Assembly (NCBI GenBank): GCA_016928555.1
Contig: JAFGKM010000047.1
Location: 462-64,461 of the forward strand
Direction: 5' to 3'
Source: Candidatus Omnitrophota bacterium
GTDB lineage: Bacteria; Ratteibacteria; UBA8468; B48-G9; JAFGKM01
Length of the DNA stretch: 64,000 bases
Shown here: positions 39,579-48,748 of the stretch, piece after piece
How positions within the stretch are numbered: the first letter of the stretch is position 1
How the letters are laid out: every line of letters starts with the position of its first letter
Position numbers and translations under genes: made by a program
Notes under the pieces: generated by a model
What the model was told of the DNA's origin: nothing
What the model saw: only the letters and a program-made list of their open reading frames with translations
Databases searched by the model: none

Positions 39579-40303
39579 TAGAATATGCCGAGGGGCAGTT
39601 TTTCGGATTCCAGCGCCCGTGTGAATGCAGACGCCCTGTCATGAGGCGAATATCCGTATTCAAGATAATAGGTGTTTTCCCTGAACCACTGGTAAGTGTT
39701 CAGCTTGTTGAACGTGACGCACGGCTGTAAAATATCAACTACCGAGAAACCCCTGTGCCCTATCGCCGCCTTTATTATCTCCTTAGTTTTTTCCGCATCG
39801 CCGGCAAATGCCCGGGCAACAAAAGAAGCGTTCAGAGCGACGGCAACGGCGAGAGGGTTGAACGGCTCAAGGACAACGCCGTCAATCTGCAGAGGAGTTT
39901 TAAAACCTTTCATGCTGGTCGGCGAAGCCTGTCCCTTGGTCAGCCCGTAAACCATATTATCGTGAACTATTGCGGTAATATCCGTATTTCTTCTTATTGC
40001 ATGCATGAAATGGTTGCCGCCCTCCCCGTACATACAGCCGTCGCCGCTTTCAACTATTACGGTAAGGGCGGGATTTGCCGTTTTTATCCCCACCGCTGCC
40101 GGAAGCGCCCTTCCGTGCAGGCCGTTGAAATAATGCACGTCAAGATACTGCGGCGCCTTTGCCGCCTGTCCAATACCTGAAACAAATACGAGGTTTTTCC
40201 CATCAAGATTCATTTCATCTATTACTTTTTTCATGGTATTCAGGATTGCAAAGTTGCCGCAGCCCGGACACCATGCTATATCATGCCTTTTCATCTCTTC
40301 CAT
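39557..40303 (-). CDS. 2-oxoacid:ferredoxin oxidoreductase beta subunit (TPP-binding)
   Basis: WCPGCGNF N-terminus, TPP motif [17 protein letters not shown]. Confidence 0.8.
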   Translation of the reverse strand: MEEMKRHDIAWCPGCGNFAILNTMKKVIDEMNLDGKNLVFVSGIGQAAKAPQYLDVHYFNGLHGRALPAAVGIKTANPALTVIVESGDGCMYGEGGNHFMHAIRRNTDITAIVHDNMVYGLTKGQASPTSMKGFKTPLQIDGVVLEPFNPLAVAVALNASFVARAFAGDAEKTKEIIKAAIGHRGFSVVDILQPCVTFNKLNTYQWFRENTYYLEYGYSPHDRASAFTRALESEKLPLGIFYQNSLPE

Positions 40304-40306
40304 TAT

Positions 40307-41989
40307 TCAGCCTCCACGGAAAAAACGGGTAAGTTTTTCCGCAACATCCTCAACGTAAAAAGGCAGGCCGTCATACTTGCCTATCTTTCCTGCCTCGTAT
40401 CCGGTTTCAAGTTTTATTAGATCGGCAAACTGTCCAGAATAGTTGTTTTCGATGACCGCAGCTTTCTTTACCCTTCCGAGATATTTCTTTATTTCACTGC
40501 CGAGCGGATAAACCTGCCTGAAATGCAGGAAACCTGTTTTTTTATCCCCCATAGTATCCAAAGCTTCTTTTATAACGTGGTATGTTGAACCCCAGCCGAT
40601 AACGAGATTCTCAAAATCCGCTTCGCCGTGATACTCCGGAGTTAAAACTTCTTTTTCAATTAAAGGGAGCTTCTTCCACCGTTTTTCAACCATCTTTTTT
40701 CTTATGCCCATATCCTCGGTTATAAAACCGTCTTCATCGTGCTCATCGCTGTCAACCCTTACCAAACCGCCGCCATAGCCGGGTATGCCGCGCGGAGATA
40801 TCCCCGTTTCGGTAAATTTATACCTTTTGTATACGTTGCCTGTCTCAGTTATATATTTTCCGTTTTCTGTTTTCAAGCCGGTAAAATCGGGAAGGTTGTA
40901 ATATGAATCCAGGAAATACTGGTCTGTCAGAATAAAAACGGGTATCTGGTATTTATCGGCGAGGTTAAACGCTTTCTGCGTGAGTGAAAACGCGTCTTCT
41001 ATCTTTCCGGGCGCAAATATTATTCTCGGAAACTCACCGTGTCCCGCATAAAGAGCAAGGTTAAGGTCGGCCTGTTCCATGCGCGTGGGCAGTCCCGTTG
41101 CGGGAGCAGGCCTCTGCCCGAGGTGGATAACGATAGGAGTTTCCGTCATCCCTGCAAGGCTGACGCCTTCCTCCATAAGGGCAAAACCTCCTCCGGATGT
41201 CGTAACCATCCCCCTTGCGCCTGCATACCACGCCCCCAGCACCATATTCACCGCTGATATCTCGTCTTCCGCCTGTTCAACAATTATGCCGTGTTCCTTC
41301 TGTTTGCCCGCAAGGAAAGTCAGCACCCCTGTTGAAGGGGACATCGGATATGAAGCGACAAAATTGCATCCTCCGGCAATGGCTCCGAGCCCGACCGCCT
41401 CGGTGCCGTTTATGAACAATTCTTTATCTTGTTTGCCCGACGGCCGGACTACGGGAACGGAATTACTTTTCAGTATCCGCTCTCCGTTCTCGTATCCTTT
41501 CTCAAGAGCCTTTATGTTTTGCCCGACAATCTCCTCGCCTTTGCGTCCGAAAGCCTTTTTCAAATACTCTTCAGGCATCTCTCTCTTAATGCCCAGCAGT
41601 GAAAGAATAATCCCTGATGCAATAACATTGGCAAAGACCGGATTGCCAATCTCTTTTGCCAATGCCGTCAAACCGACTCTTTCGTTTTTGCCGGCCGTAC
41701 CTTCCGAAAATTCGCCTATAACAAGTGTATCTTTCTTTATCCTTACGGATATTCTGTTAACGGAACCTTCGTCAAGAACAAGCAGTATATCTATCCTGCC
41801 GGTACATGCCCTCACCCTTTCGCCGGAAATCCTAATCTGTGTGGAATTTGCCCCGCCCCGCACCCTGCTCATGTATTCCTTTGTGGCAAAAACGTTGTAT
41901 CCCGCGGCGCCGAGCATGCCGGCAAGCATTTTTTCCACAGTCTGAATGCCCTGCCCCGCCTGACCAGTTATCAAAATAGATATATCCAT
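40307..41989 (-). CDS. 2-oxoacid:ferredoxin oxidoreductase fused gamma-alpha subunit
   Basis: N-terminal gamma-like [14 protein letters not shown]. Alpha domain [20 protein letters not shown]. Start chosen at ATG 41989 forming TGATG coupling with the upstream gene (alternative ATG 42010). Confidence 0.75.
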   Translation of the reverse strand: MDISILITGQAGQGIQTVEKMLAGMLGAAGYNVFATKEYMSRVRGGANSTQIRISGERVRACTGRIDILLVLDEGSVNRISVRIKKDTLVIGEFSEGTAGKNERVGLTALAKEIGNPVFANVIASGIILSLLGIKREMPEEYLKKAFGRKGEEIVGQNIKALEKGYENGERILKSNSVPVVRPSGKQDKELFINGTEAVGLGAIAGGCNFVASYPMSPSTGVLTFLAGKQKEHGIIVEQAEDEISAVNMVLGAWYAGARGMVTTSGGGFALMEEGVSLAGMTETPIVIHLGQRPAPATGLPTRMEQADLNLALYAGHGEFPRIIFAPGKIEDAFSLTQKAFNLADKYQIPVFILTDQYFLDSYYNLPDFTGLKTENGKYITETGNVYKRYKFTETGISPRGIPGYGGGLVRVDSDEHDEDGFITEDMGIRKKMVEKRWKKLPLIEKEVLTPEYHGEADFENLVIGWGSTYHVIKEALDTMGDKKTGFLHFRQVYPLGSEIKKYLGRVKKAAVIENNYSGQFADLIKLETGYEAGKIGKYDGLPFYVEDVAEKLTRFFRGG

Positions 41990-42492
41990 CAGATATTCAT
42001 CCAGTTCCATACCTTGCTTTCTTCCTGCTCAAGCCAGTCTTCTGTGCCTGAAAGATAAGAATAAACGTTGGCAATCGCTTCAAGGTGTTTTTTTTCTTCG
42101 TTTAACAGAAATTCCAGCAGCTGCCTCTCTTTATCTTCTTTTGACTCCCTGTAAAACCCTTCATATGCCCTGTAGCCCTCTTTTTCCAGTTCCATCGCCG
42201 TCTTGTAACCGTCAATGTTCTTTTCCGCCGGCATTTCCGTCTCTTTAATCTTCTGAAAGAAAGTTTTTATTTCTTCTTCAATGCGTTCAATGTTTTTATA
42301 AATCACTGCAGGCAGTTCCTTTCCTGAAGCGGTATAAAATGCATCTATTCTCTTCGCATGTTCTATCTCCTGCTGTGCAAGAGTATAGAACAGGTTTTTG
42401 CTCAGGGAGTTTTTCGCTTTTGAGGCAAGTTCAAGATAAAGCAAGGTCCCTCTCTTTTCAAAATCCAGCGCAAATTCGGCTATTTTGTTCAT
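41989..42492 (-). CDS. rubrerythrin/ferritin-like diiron protein
   Basis: Four-helix-bundle ExxH-type motifs (EIEHAKR, EEKKHLE). RBS GGGAGGAG. Confidence 0.55.
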   Translation of the reverse strand: MNKIAEFALDFEKRGTLLYLELASKAKNSLSKNLFYTLAQQEIEHAKRIDAFYTASGKELPAVIYKNIERIEEEIKTFFQKIKETEMPAEKNIDGYKTAMELEKEGYRAYEGFYRESKEDKERQLLEFLLNEEKKHLEAIANVYSYLSGTEDWLEQEESKVWNWMNI

Positions 42493-42602
42493 ATTCTCCT
42501 CCCATGTTTCTCATGCAGGCACAATATTGGATATCATCCAGCATTGTTGTCAGCCATGTAAAAACATTGGCCGGAAAGGCGAGTAAAACAGGATTCAATC
42601 CT

Positions 42603-43526
42603 TTAATGTTCTCTATCATTTATGAAATAAAGGTATTCCGAAGCCGCAATTGCCGCCTTTGCGCCCTCGCCGCATGCGATTATAATCTGTTTTTTGTATA
42701 CATTTGTTACGTCCCCCGCGGCAAACAGGCCGGGAACAGAGGTCTTAACGGAACAATCCACTATTATTTCTCCCCATTCATTCTTTGCGGCGCCGGCCGC
42801 AATGCCGGAATTGGGAACCGAGCCTATTTCAACCATAACCCCTTCCGCGGCAATTTCTCTTTCCGTTCCGCCGGAATTTTTTATTCTGATTCCGTTTACA
42901 AATTTATCGCCGTATATTTCCGTTATTGCGGCGCCGGTAATTACCTCGGCATTCCCGTATTCCGCAAACTTATCGGTCAGTATCCTGTCTGCGGAAATAT
43001 AAGCCAGTTTTTCTATGAGATAAACCCTGTCTGCAATCCTTGCCATCTGGAGAGCTGCTTCCAATCCGGCATTCCCCCCTCCTATAACCGCCACTTTCTT
43101 GCCGGCAAACAAGGGGCCGTCGCACGTTGCACAGTAAGTAACGCCCCTGTTCTTAAATTCCTTCTCTCCTGGAACGGAAAGCTCCTTCGGCTTTCTGCCC
43201 GTGCATACAATAACCGTTTTGGCGGTGTACTCCTTTTTTTCCGAAGATACGGTAAAAACATCGCCGGATTTAATTATACCCGCAACCTTTTCGCCTTCGT
43301 TTAACTCTATATTGAATTCTCTAAGGTGGGCGGCAAATTTTTCGGCAAGTTCGGGGCCTGTAATATACTGGTGCCCTACATAATTTTCAACGTCGCCTGT
43401 CCAGAGAGTCTGCCCTCCCACGTCCATTGTCAACATGGCAAAACTTACCTTCTTTCTTGCCAGATAAATCCCTGCGGTTATCCCCGCAGGCCCTCCGCCG
43501 ACTATTATGGATTCGTAAACCGTCAT
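42603..43526 (-). CDS. trxB: thioredoxin-disulfide reductase
   Basis: GGGPAG FAD motif, redox-active CATCDG, NAD(P) motif GGGNAG. Confidence 0.85.
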   Translation of the reverse strand: MTVYESIIVGGGPAGITAGIYLARKKVSFAMLTMDVGGQTLWTGDVENYVGHQYITGPELAEKFAAHLREFNIELNEGEKVAGIIKSGDVFTVSSEKKEYTAKTVIVCTGRKPKELSVPGEKEFKNRGVTYCATCDGPLFAGKKVAVIGGGNAGLEAALQMARIADRVYLIEKLAYISADRILTDKFAEYGNAEVITGAAITEIYGDKFVNGIRIKNSGGTEREIAAEGVMVEIGSVPNSGIAAGAAKNEWGEIIVDCSVKTSVPGLFAAGDVTNVYKKQIIIACGEGAKAAIAASEYLYFINDREH

Positions 43527-43759
43527 ATTCCGAGTTCTTCTTTTATCGCTTCCCTGTCGAAACCTATTATTATCCTGCCGCCTATATCGGTTACCGGAAC
43601 GCCCATCTGCTCGGACTTGTTCATCATTTCTTCCCTTTTTGCGGCATCAGTGCCAACGTCAAAAGATTCATAGGAGATGCTGTTGGCATCGAGAAAATCC
43701 TTTAACATTCTGCAGTAAGGACAGCTTGAAGTTGAATAAACCTTGACTTTTTTCTGCAT
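43523..43759 (-). CDS. glutaredoxin-like protein (NrdH/Grx family)
   Basis: MQKKVKVYSTSSCPYCRMLKDFL with CPYC active site. The longer track ORF lacks support. Confidence 0.7.
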   Translation of the reverse strand: MQKKVKVYSTSSCPYCRMLKDFLDANSISYESFDVGTDAAKREEMMNKSEQMGVPVTDIGGRIIIGFDREAIKEELGI

Positions 43760-43761
43760 TT

Positions 43762-44376
43762 TTATTTTCCTTTCAGTTTTTTTGATATCACAGTTATCCG
43801 CCTTCCGAGTTCTTCCGCTATCTTCAGGTCGGTTGAATTCGGCGGAACGGAAGCATCGGTGCCGACGACTGCAGACGGCCCGTAAGGCGTCCCGCCCGAT
43901 TTTGACTCCATAAGCTCTTTTACCGAATAGGGGACGCCTACAATCACAGCCCCGTGATGCATCAATGTAAACATCATTGATATAAGAGTGGTCTCCTGTC
44001 CCCCGTGCATGGTAGCCGTACAGCAGAAAAAGCCCGCCGGTTTGTTCACCAGCGAACCCTTCGTCCACAGGTTTCCGGTCGCATCAAAAAAATTTCTCAA
44101 CTGCGAGCACATGTTCCCGAACCTTGTGGGACTCCCCACTATAATCCCGTCTATTTCTTCAAGCTCTTCCAATTTTGCTACAGGCACATCCTTCTGCAGT
44201 TTTTTCGCTTTCTTTATTCTGTCATCCCCTTCAATTACGCCGGCCGGCAAAAGCTCCTGCACGGTGCGCAGGACCGGCGCTCCACCTTCTTTTTCAATGC
44301 CCGAAACTACAGCCTGCGCCATACTGTATGTATTGCCTAACATGCTGTAATAAAGGACCATTACCCTTGTTTTCAT
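43762..44376 (-). CDS. wrbA: NAD(P)H:quinone oxidoreductase WrbA (flavodoxin-like)
   Basis: MKTRVMVLYYSMLGNTYSMAQAV...GSPTRFGNM is the WrbA signature. RBS GGAGGG. Confidence 0.7.
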   Translation of the reverse strand: MKTRVMVLYYSMLGNTYSMAQAVVSGIEKEGGAPVLRTVQELLPAGVIEGDDRIKKAKKLQKDVPVAKLEELEEIDGIIVGSPTRFGNMCSQLRNFFDATGNLWTKGSLVNKPAGFFCCTATMHGGQETTLISMMFTLMHHGAVIVGVPYSVKELMESKSGGTPYGPSAVVGTDASVPPNSTDLKIAEELGRRITVISKKLKGK

Positions 44377-44954
44377 GTTTTCCCTCCGGCAATAAGCATG
44401 CCTATTTCTTCAGCCCTTTTAAGACAATCCGCGTGATTGTTTACCGCACCTTTTTCATCCGTAAGGGAACAGAAAAGTTCGTGTTTATAGGAAGCGCCGG
44501 CCGTTGCAAAAAAGTTCTTAATTATTGCCTTTGAATTATCAAAGAAATCCTTCCTGTCCGTTCCGGCGACGCACAAAAAAACTCCGCTTTTCCTTTTCAC
44601 TATTTTATATGTCTTGTAAAAGTATAAGCCGAGCCACTGGCACTGAAACCTGTCAATCATCATTTTTGTCTGGGCGGACAGACTTCCGAAAAAGACGGGA
44701 GAGGCAACAACGACGGCATCCGCCTGTTCGAGCGCGGGATAAATCTTCTGCATATCGTCTTTAATTTTGCACATGCCGTCCTTTGTAATTTCCGCACATT
44801 CCTGGCACGGTACGAACTTCATGGAATTAAGGACAAATTTTTCGGTTTCCGCACCGTTTTTTTGCGCGGAACCAAGGCACAGGTCCAGCAGAATCTCGCT
44901 GTTTCCTCCTCTCCTCGGACTGCCCAGAATCCCGAGCACTTTTATCTTGGACAT
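44373..44954 (-). CDS. NADPH-dependent FMN reductase family flavoprotein (iron-sulfur flavoprotein-like)
   Basis: MSKIKVLGILGSPRRGGNSEIL, Cys cluster CQECAEITKDGMC. Confidence 0.6.
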   Translation of the reverse strand: MSKIKVLGILGSPRRGGNSEILLDLCLGSAQKNGAETEKFVLNSMKFVPCQECAEITKDGMCKIKDDMQKIYPALEQADAVVVASPVFFGSLSAQTKMMIDRFQCQWLGLYFYKTYKIVKRKSGVFLCVAGTDRKDFFDNSKAIIKNFFATAGASYKHELFCSLTDEKGAVNNHADCLKRAEEIGMLIAGGKT

Positions 44955-44955
44955 A

Positions 44956-45081
44956 TCATCTCTGTTCTTTCATCATCTCGCCGCAGCAGTACTTGGGCTC
45001 ATTCCCCGTTTTCCCGCATTTTTTACACTCATAGACTTTCCCTTCGTCCTTTTTCTTGCTTCCGCAGCAGCATTTGCACAT
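44956..45081 (-). CDS. small cysteine-rich protein (41 aa, 9 Cys), not in ORF track
   Basis: MCKCCCGSKKKDEGKVYECKKCGKTGNEPKYCCGEMMKEQR. RBS GGTAAAGGAG. Preceded by repeat copy E; first gene of the flavoprotein-grx-trxB unit. Confidence 0.5.
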   Translation of the reverse strand: MCKCCCGSKKKDEGKVYECKKCGKTGNEPKYCCGEMMKEQR

Positions 45082-45190
45082 TTGTGTCACTCTCCTTTAC
45101 CCCGTACCGGCGCATTTTGTCGTTACGCGCATTCCGCAGGAATCTCACTCCTCGCAAAAACAGGCAGTAAGGGGTTATTATTTATATCTT
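45082..45190. repeat. repeat family copy E (diverged; immediately upstream of small Cys-rich gene)
   Basis: CTCCTTTACCCCGTACCGGCGCATTTTGTCGTTACGCGC...GGAATCTCACTCCTCGCAAAAACAGG...AAGGGGTTATTATTT. Confidence 0.5.
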
Positions 45191-45241
45191 TCCATGCATT
45201 TAATGCTCACTCCAATTTACCAAGATTTATTGCCGCAACCC

Positions 45242-45724
45242 TTATTCCTGCATGTCGTCAAGCAGATTCATAAGGTCATCTTCGTGTTCAATTTCATCCT
45301 TGAGAATCTCCATAACCATGTAAAAGGATATTGAATCTTTATCCTTCAGGGATTCGCTCAGCTTTTTATATACGGTTATGGCGCATTGTTCACCCTTTAT
45401 GTTTTGTTTCACTACAGGTTTAACAGCCGGATCTTCAGGAGCGTCATAACCGCAGTTTGTAAGCTTATACCAATCCTCGGGTTTAAGCACAGGCGTTCCG
45501 CCAAGCTGTAAAATCCTGTCCGTAATCATCCCCGCATGCCTGAGCTCATCTCCCGCGTGTTCCGTCAACTCGGCCACTACCTGCCCTCTCATCTGTCCCG
45601 CTACAACCTTGGAGCCAATCCAGTACTGGTAGTAAGCAAGCCACTCGTCCGACAATGCTTTGTTAAGCATCTCAATAATCTGCTTAACATCGCCCTTAAT
45701 CAATTCTCTTCCTTTTCTTTCCAT
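45242..45724 (-). CDS. ferritin-like / Dps family protein
   Basis: ELTEHAGDELRHAGMITDRILQLGGTP resembles the Dps iron-site helix. RBS AAGGAGGGG. Confidence 0.55.
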   Translation of the reverse strand: MERKGRELIKGDVKQIIEMLNKALSDEWLAYYQYWIGSKVVAGQMRGQVVAELTEHAGDELRHAGMITDRILQLGGTPVLKPEDWYKLTNCGYDAPEDPAVKPVVKQNIKGEQCAITVYKKLSESLKDKDSISFYMVMEILKDEIEHEDDLMNLLDDMQE

Positions 45725-45737
45725 TTACCCCTCCTTT

Positions 45738-46112
45738 TCAAATTTTTAATTCCCCCTCCCATAAACCGTGTACGTTGCAGTAGGAAGCCGCGTATAAAGT
45801 TCCGCTTTTTCCGGTTTTAAAGGTTAATACGGCTTCAGGCAGGGAATAAACCGTGCTTGTATCGGCGCCTTCCGTCGAAGCGCCGTGGGACGTAAACTCA
45901 ACCTTGCCTGTCTGATAAGGGAATTTTCCCCCTTCGGGAAGAAAATAAAGCTCTATCCATGCGATATGATGCGCAGTCGTGTTGGGATGAGGTATCTCTT
46001 TCCCGACAGATACTTTTACCTTAACTCCTTTCTCCCCGTCTCTCTCAAGCACCTCCATTAGGGGTACGTGCTTCTCCTTTGCCCAGTCTCCGCTCTGAAA
46101 CAGTCCTTTCAT
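45738..46112 (-). CDS. sor: superoxide reductase (1Fe neelaredoxin/desulfoferrodoxin family)
   Basis: AKEKHVPLMEV (EKHVP hallmark), C-terminal YCNVHGLWEG (Cys ligand). Track start 46121 is GTG; ATG 46112 with RBS AAAGGAGGTG. Confidence 0.75.
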   Translation of the reverse strand: MKGLFQSGDWAKEKHVPLMEVLERDGEKGVKVKVSVGKEIPHPNTTAHHIAWIELYFLPEGGKFPYQTGKVEFTSHGASTEGADTSTVYSLPEAVLTFKTGKSGTLYAASYCNVHGLWEGELKI

Positions 46113-46193
46113 TGTATCCACCTCCTTTGCCCGGAATCACGCATTGTTTCCCTTTCAAATCAATGGAATCCGATAGGGCCTTTTTATAATCTT

Positions 46194-46673
46194 TTATTCT
46201 TTCGCAAATCTTTCTTTCATCTTGGAAAGCCTCACAAAATGGCTTCTTTCTTCATCAATTATCTTATCCATTATTTTGTGCTGTGTTTCGGGAACGATAT
46301 CCTTCGTCTCAAGGTAATACATTATGGAATCGAGCTCCCGCCTGATTCCGAAATCCAGGGCTTTTACGACTCCTCCCGCCGTTTCCAGCTCTCTTTCTAT
46401 CTCCGGAGGGAAAACGAGCGTATCTGCGTACGATTTAAGGTACTGGAAATACTCGCCCGGATAGGTTTCGGAAGGCTCGTAATTTGCTATCCTGCCCACC
46501 ATATCCTCAAAAATCTTTTTGTGTCTTGCTTCTTCATCGGCAAGAAACGTAAAAAGGTCATTCACTTCCTTTTCAGAACTCTTTTCGGCAACTTTCCTGT
46601 AAAAACTTTCCCCGTTCTCCTCAATCCTTATGGCAAACTGGAATATCTCGCTTACATCAAAGAATACGGCCAT
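46194..46673 (-). CDS. rubrerythrin family diiron protein
   Basis: EEARH and EERSH ExxH motifs. Start at ATG 46673 with RBS AGGAGG; the track ORF is extended through repeat copy C. Confidence 0.65.
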   Translation of the reverse strand: MAVFFDVSEIFQFAIRIEENGESFYRKVAEKSSEKEVNDLFTFLADEEARHKKIFEDMVGRIANYEPSETYPGEYFQYLKSYADTLVFPPEIERELETAGGVVKALDFGIRRELDSIMYYLETKDIVPETQHKIMDKIIDEERSHFVRLSKMKERFAKE

Positions 46674-46800
46674 CTCTCCTCCTTTACCCCGAACCGAAGC
46701 ATTTTGTCGTTGCGAGCGCCTTGTGCGCGTCAATCTCAACCTTATTTTGAAATTGCTTCGTCGTTCCACTTCTGCAATAACAAGCAATTAGGGGTTTAGA
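46674..46800. repeat. repeat family copy C (immediately upstream of rubrerythrin-like gene 46194..46673)
   Basis: CTCCTTTACCCCGAACCGAAGCATTTTGTCGTTGCGAGCGCCTTGTGCGCGTCAATCTCAACCTTATTTTGAAATTGCTTCG...TCTGCAATAACAAGCAATTAGGGGTTTAGATTTT. About 90% identical to copy D. Confidence 0.6.
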
Positions 46801-46802
46801 TT

Positions 46803-47987
46803 TTATTTTAACAGATTAAGCTGTTTGTGTTTTTCCGCTATTGTTTCAGCCAGATTTTCAAGCTTATTGAAATCGGATTCTAAAGGATACCCGTTAACCA
46901 CGACCGGTTCTAAAATTTCAATATTGCGCGAAGGCATCATCTCCGTAATTGATTTTACCATACTGCCGCCCCATCCGAAAGAGCCGATGATAGAAACAAA
47001 CCTCGTTTTAGGCCTGAGGATTTTGAAAAGATAGGCGGCATAAACCGCCGAAGGATGGGGACCGGACAGTACTGTAGGAGTACCGAGAACCATGGTAGCG
47101 GCGTCCACAAGAGCGATTGCCAGTTCTCCAATATCGGCGCCCGTAAGGTTATAAGGTTTCACCGCAATGCCTTTTTTTATCAGAGAATCCGCAAAAAAAT
47201 CAACCATTTTTGCGACACTGCCGTGCATTGAGACGTAAGGGAGTACCACTTCGTTTTTAACTCTGTCCGAAGTCCAGTCTTCATAAGCTTCCATTATAAA
47301 ACCCGGTTTGTCGTACACCGGCCCGTGACTCGGAGCGATAATTTCAATATCCAGTTTTTTTAAAACCTCCAGGTGTTTTTTTATGTTTGAGCGGAAAGGC
47401 ATCATAATCTCCGCATAATAGCGTTTTGCGGATTCGTGAATTTTTTCATTGCATGAACTGTAAAATTCGCTTGCCGCAAGATGGGAGCCGAAAAGGTCGC
47501 ACGGGAAAAGCATCTTATCCTCAATATCGTAAGTGACGATAGTTTCCGGCCAGTGAACCCAAGGCATATGGAAAAATTTCAGCTTTCTGCCGCCTATTGA
47601 TACAATTTCTTCATTTTCCACTTTAACACACCTGGTTTCGGGAACGAGAAGAAGTTTTTTCAGAAAATCGGCGCCTTTTTCGCTTGCCATAACCTTTGAA
47701 CCCGGGTATTGTTCAAGAACCATAGGTATGCTTCCGGAATGGTCCTGTTCCGAATGATTTGAAACCACGTAGTCAATTTTCTCTATCCCCAGAGACTTAA
47801 GCGCGGAAAGAAATTTATCCGCCTTTACCGGGTCGGAGGTATCAATCAGTACATTCTTTTCATCCTTTATAAAATAGGCGTTATATGTCGTGCCGTCCGG
47901 CAAAGGTATAAGCTCGTCAAAAAGCCTCCTGCTCCAGTCGTTCATTATTATTCCGTAAACGCCCTTTTTAATTTCCCTGATAATCAT
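46803..47987 (-). CDS. flavodiiron protein (rubredoxin:oxygen/NO oxidoreductase; metallo-beta-lactamase plus flavodoxin domains)
   Basis: HSEQDHSG diiron motif, C-terminal flavodoxin-like domain. RBS GGGAGG. Confidence 0.8.
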   Translation of the reverse strand: MIIREIKKGVYGIIMNDWSRRLFDELIPLPDGTTYNAYFIKDEKNVLIDTSDPVKADKFLSALKSLGIEKIDYVVSNHSEQDHSGSIPMVLEQYPGSKVMASEKGADFLKKLLLVPETRCVKVENEEIVSIGGRKLKFFHMPWVHWPETIVTYDIEDKMLFPCDLFGSHLAASEFYSSCNEKIHESAKRYYAEIMMPFRSNIKKHLEVLKKLDIEIIAPSHGPVYDKPGFIMEAYEDWTSDRVKNEVVLPYVSMHGSVAKMVDFFADSLIKKGIAVKPYNLTGADIGELAIALVDAATMVLGTPTVLSGPHPSAVYAAYLFKILRPKTRFVSIIGSFGWGGSMVKSITEMMPSRNIEILEPVVVNGYPLESDFNKLENLAETIAEKHKQLNLLK

Positions 47988-48002
47988 CCGGCCTCCCGTA
48001 TT

Positions 48003-48173
48003 TCAGAACTTCCCGTTTTCTTTTTCAAACTGGTCTTTGCCCGCCCCGCATTCGGGGCAAACCCAGTCTTCCGGCAAATTTTCAAAGCTTGTACCCGGAG
48101 CAATGCCGTTATCAGGGTCTCCCTTCGCAGGGTCGTATATGTATCCACATACCGTACAAATATATCTGCTCAT
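48003..48173 (-). CDS. rd: rubredoxin
   Basis: [15 protein letters not shown]...[13 protein letters not shown], two CxxCG knuckles. Strong RBS AAAGGAGG. Confidence 0.85.
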   Translation of the reverse strand: MSRYICTVCGYIYDPAKGDPDNGIAPGTSFENLPEDWVCPECGAGKDQFEKENGKF

Positions 48174-48303
48174 AAAATCCTCCTTTACCACGAACTTTCG
48201 CATTTTGTTATTGCGAGCGCCTTGTGCGCGGCAATCTCAACCTTATTTTGAGATGGCTTCGTCTTCGCCTCGCAATGACAAACAATTAGGGGTTTTGATT
48301 TTG
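48174..48303. repeat. repeat family copy D (immediately upstream of rubredoxin gene 48003..48173)
   Basis: Arms TTGTTATTGCGAG (48204..48216) and CTCGCAATGACAA (48268..48280) form a perfect 13-bp inverted repeat with one G.U position. Internal hairpin ATCTCAA-ccttatt-TTGAGAT. Flank ACAATTAGGGGTTTTGATTTT. Confidence 0.6.
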
Positions 48304-48337
48304 CTTTAAATATTTTCCGCGTAAACACTTTCCTTTT

Positions 48338-48748
48338 TCAGTTCTTCCTGCAGTTTTTGCACAGTCCTTTAAGGTAAAGATGGTGTTCATCGACAGAATG
48401 CCCGTCAATTTCCTTCTCGTCCAGCAGACTGCATTTGTGGAAGATATCATAAAGCTCTCCGCATTTTTTGCATTTGAAATGGAGATGAGCGCCTTCCGAA
48501 AAATCGTACCTGACTTCCTTTTCCTCTACGGTAACTTGAGAAATGATTTTCTTATCGACAAAAACCTTTAACGTATTGTAAATCGTCGTTTTTGAAAGAG
48601 TCGGGATTCTGGAAGAAAGATATCTATAAATATCCTCCACAGTGGGATGAGTCCTGTTCTTCACGAGATACTCAAAAATTTTCATCCTCTGATATGACGC
48701 CTGAATGCCGTTATCCTCCAATGTCTTCATAATATCTGCCTGTTTCAT
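48338..48748 (-). CDS. Fur family transcriptional regulator, PerR-like
   Basis: Fur-family winged helix N-terminus. C-terminal HLHFKCKKCG...CKNCRKN (2x CxxC structural Zn). Sits at the head of the oxidative-stress cluster. Confidence 0.75.
   Translation of the reverse strand: MKQADIMKTLEDNGIQASYQRMKIFEYLVKNRTHPTVEDIYRYLSSRIPTLSKTTIYNTLKVFVDKKIISQVTVEEKEVRYDFSEGAHLHFKCKKCGELYDIFHKCSLLDEKEIDGHSVDEHHLYLKGLCKNCRKN

Noticed and set aside
41079-41945. 288-aa + strand ORF antisense to the OFOR alpha subunit, plus similar antisense ORFs 31846..32697 (in glnS) and 42339..43304 (in trxB)
   Set aside because: They lie opposite genes with unambiguous catalytic motifs. They have no motifs of their own and no RBS.
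46068-46799. Long + strand ORF ending in ...[18 protein letters not shown]..., and its look-alike 48037..48309 ending ...[18 protein letters not shown]...
   Set aside because: The shared C-terminal peptide is simply the translation of the conserved intergenic repeat (copies C and D). The rest is antisense to rubrerythrin and rubredoxin genes.
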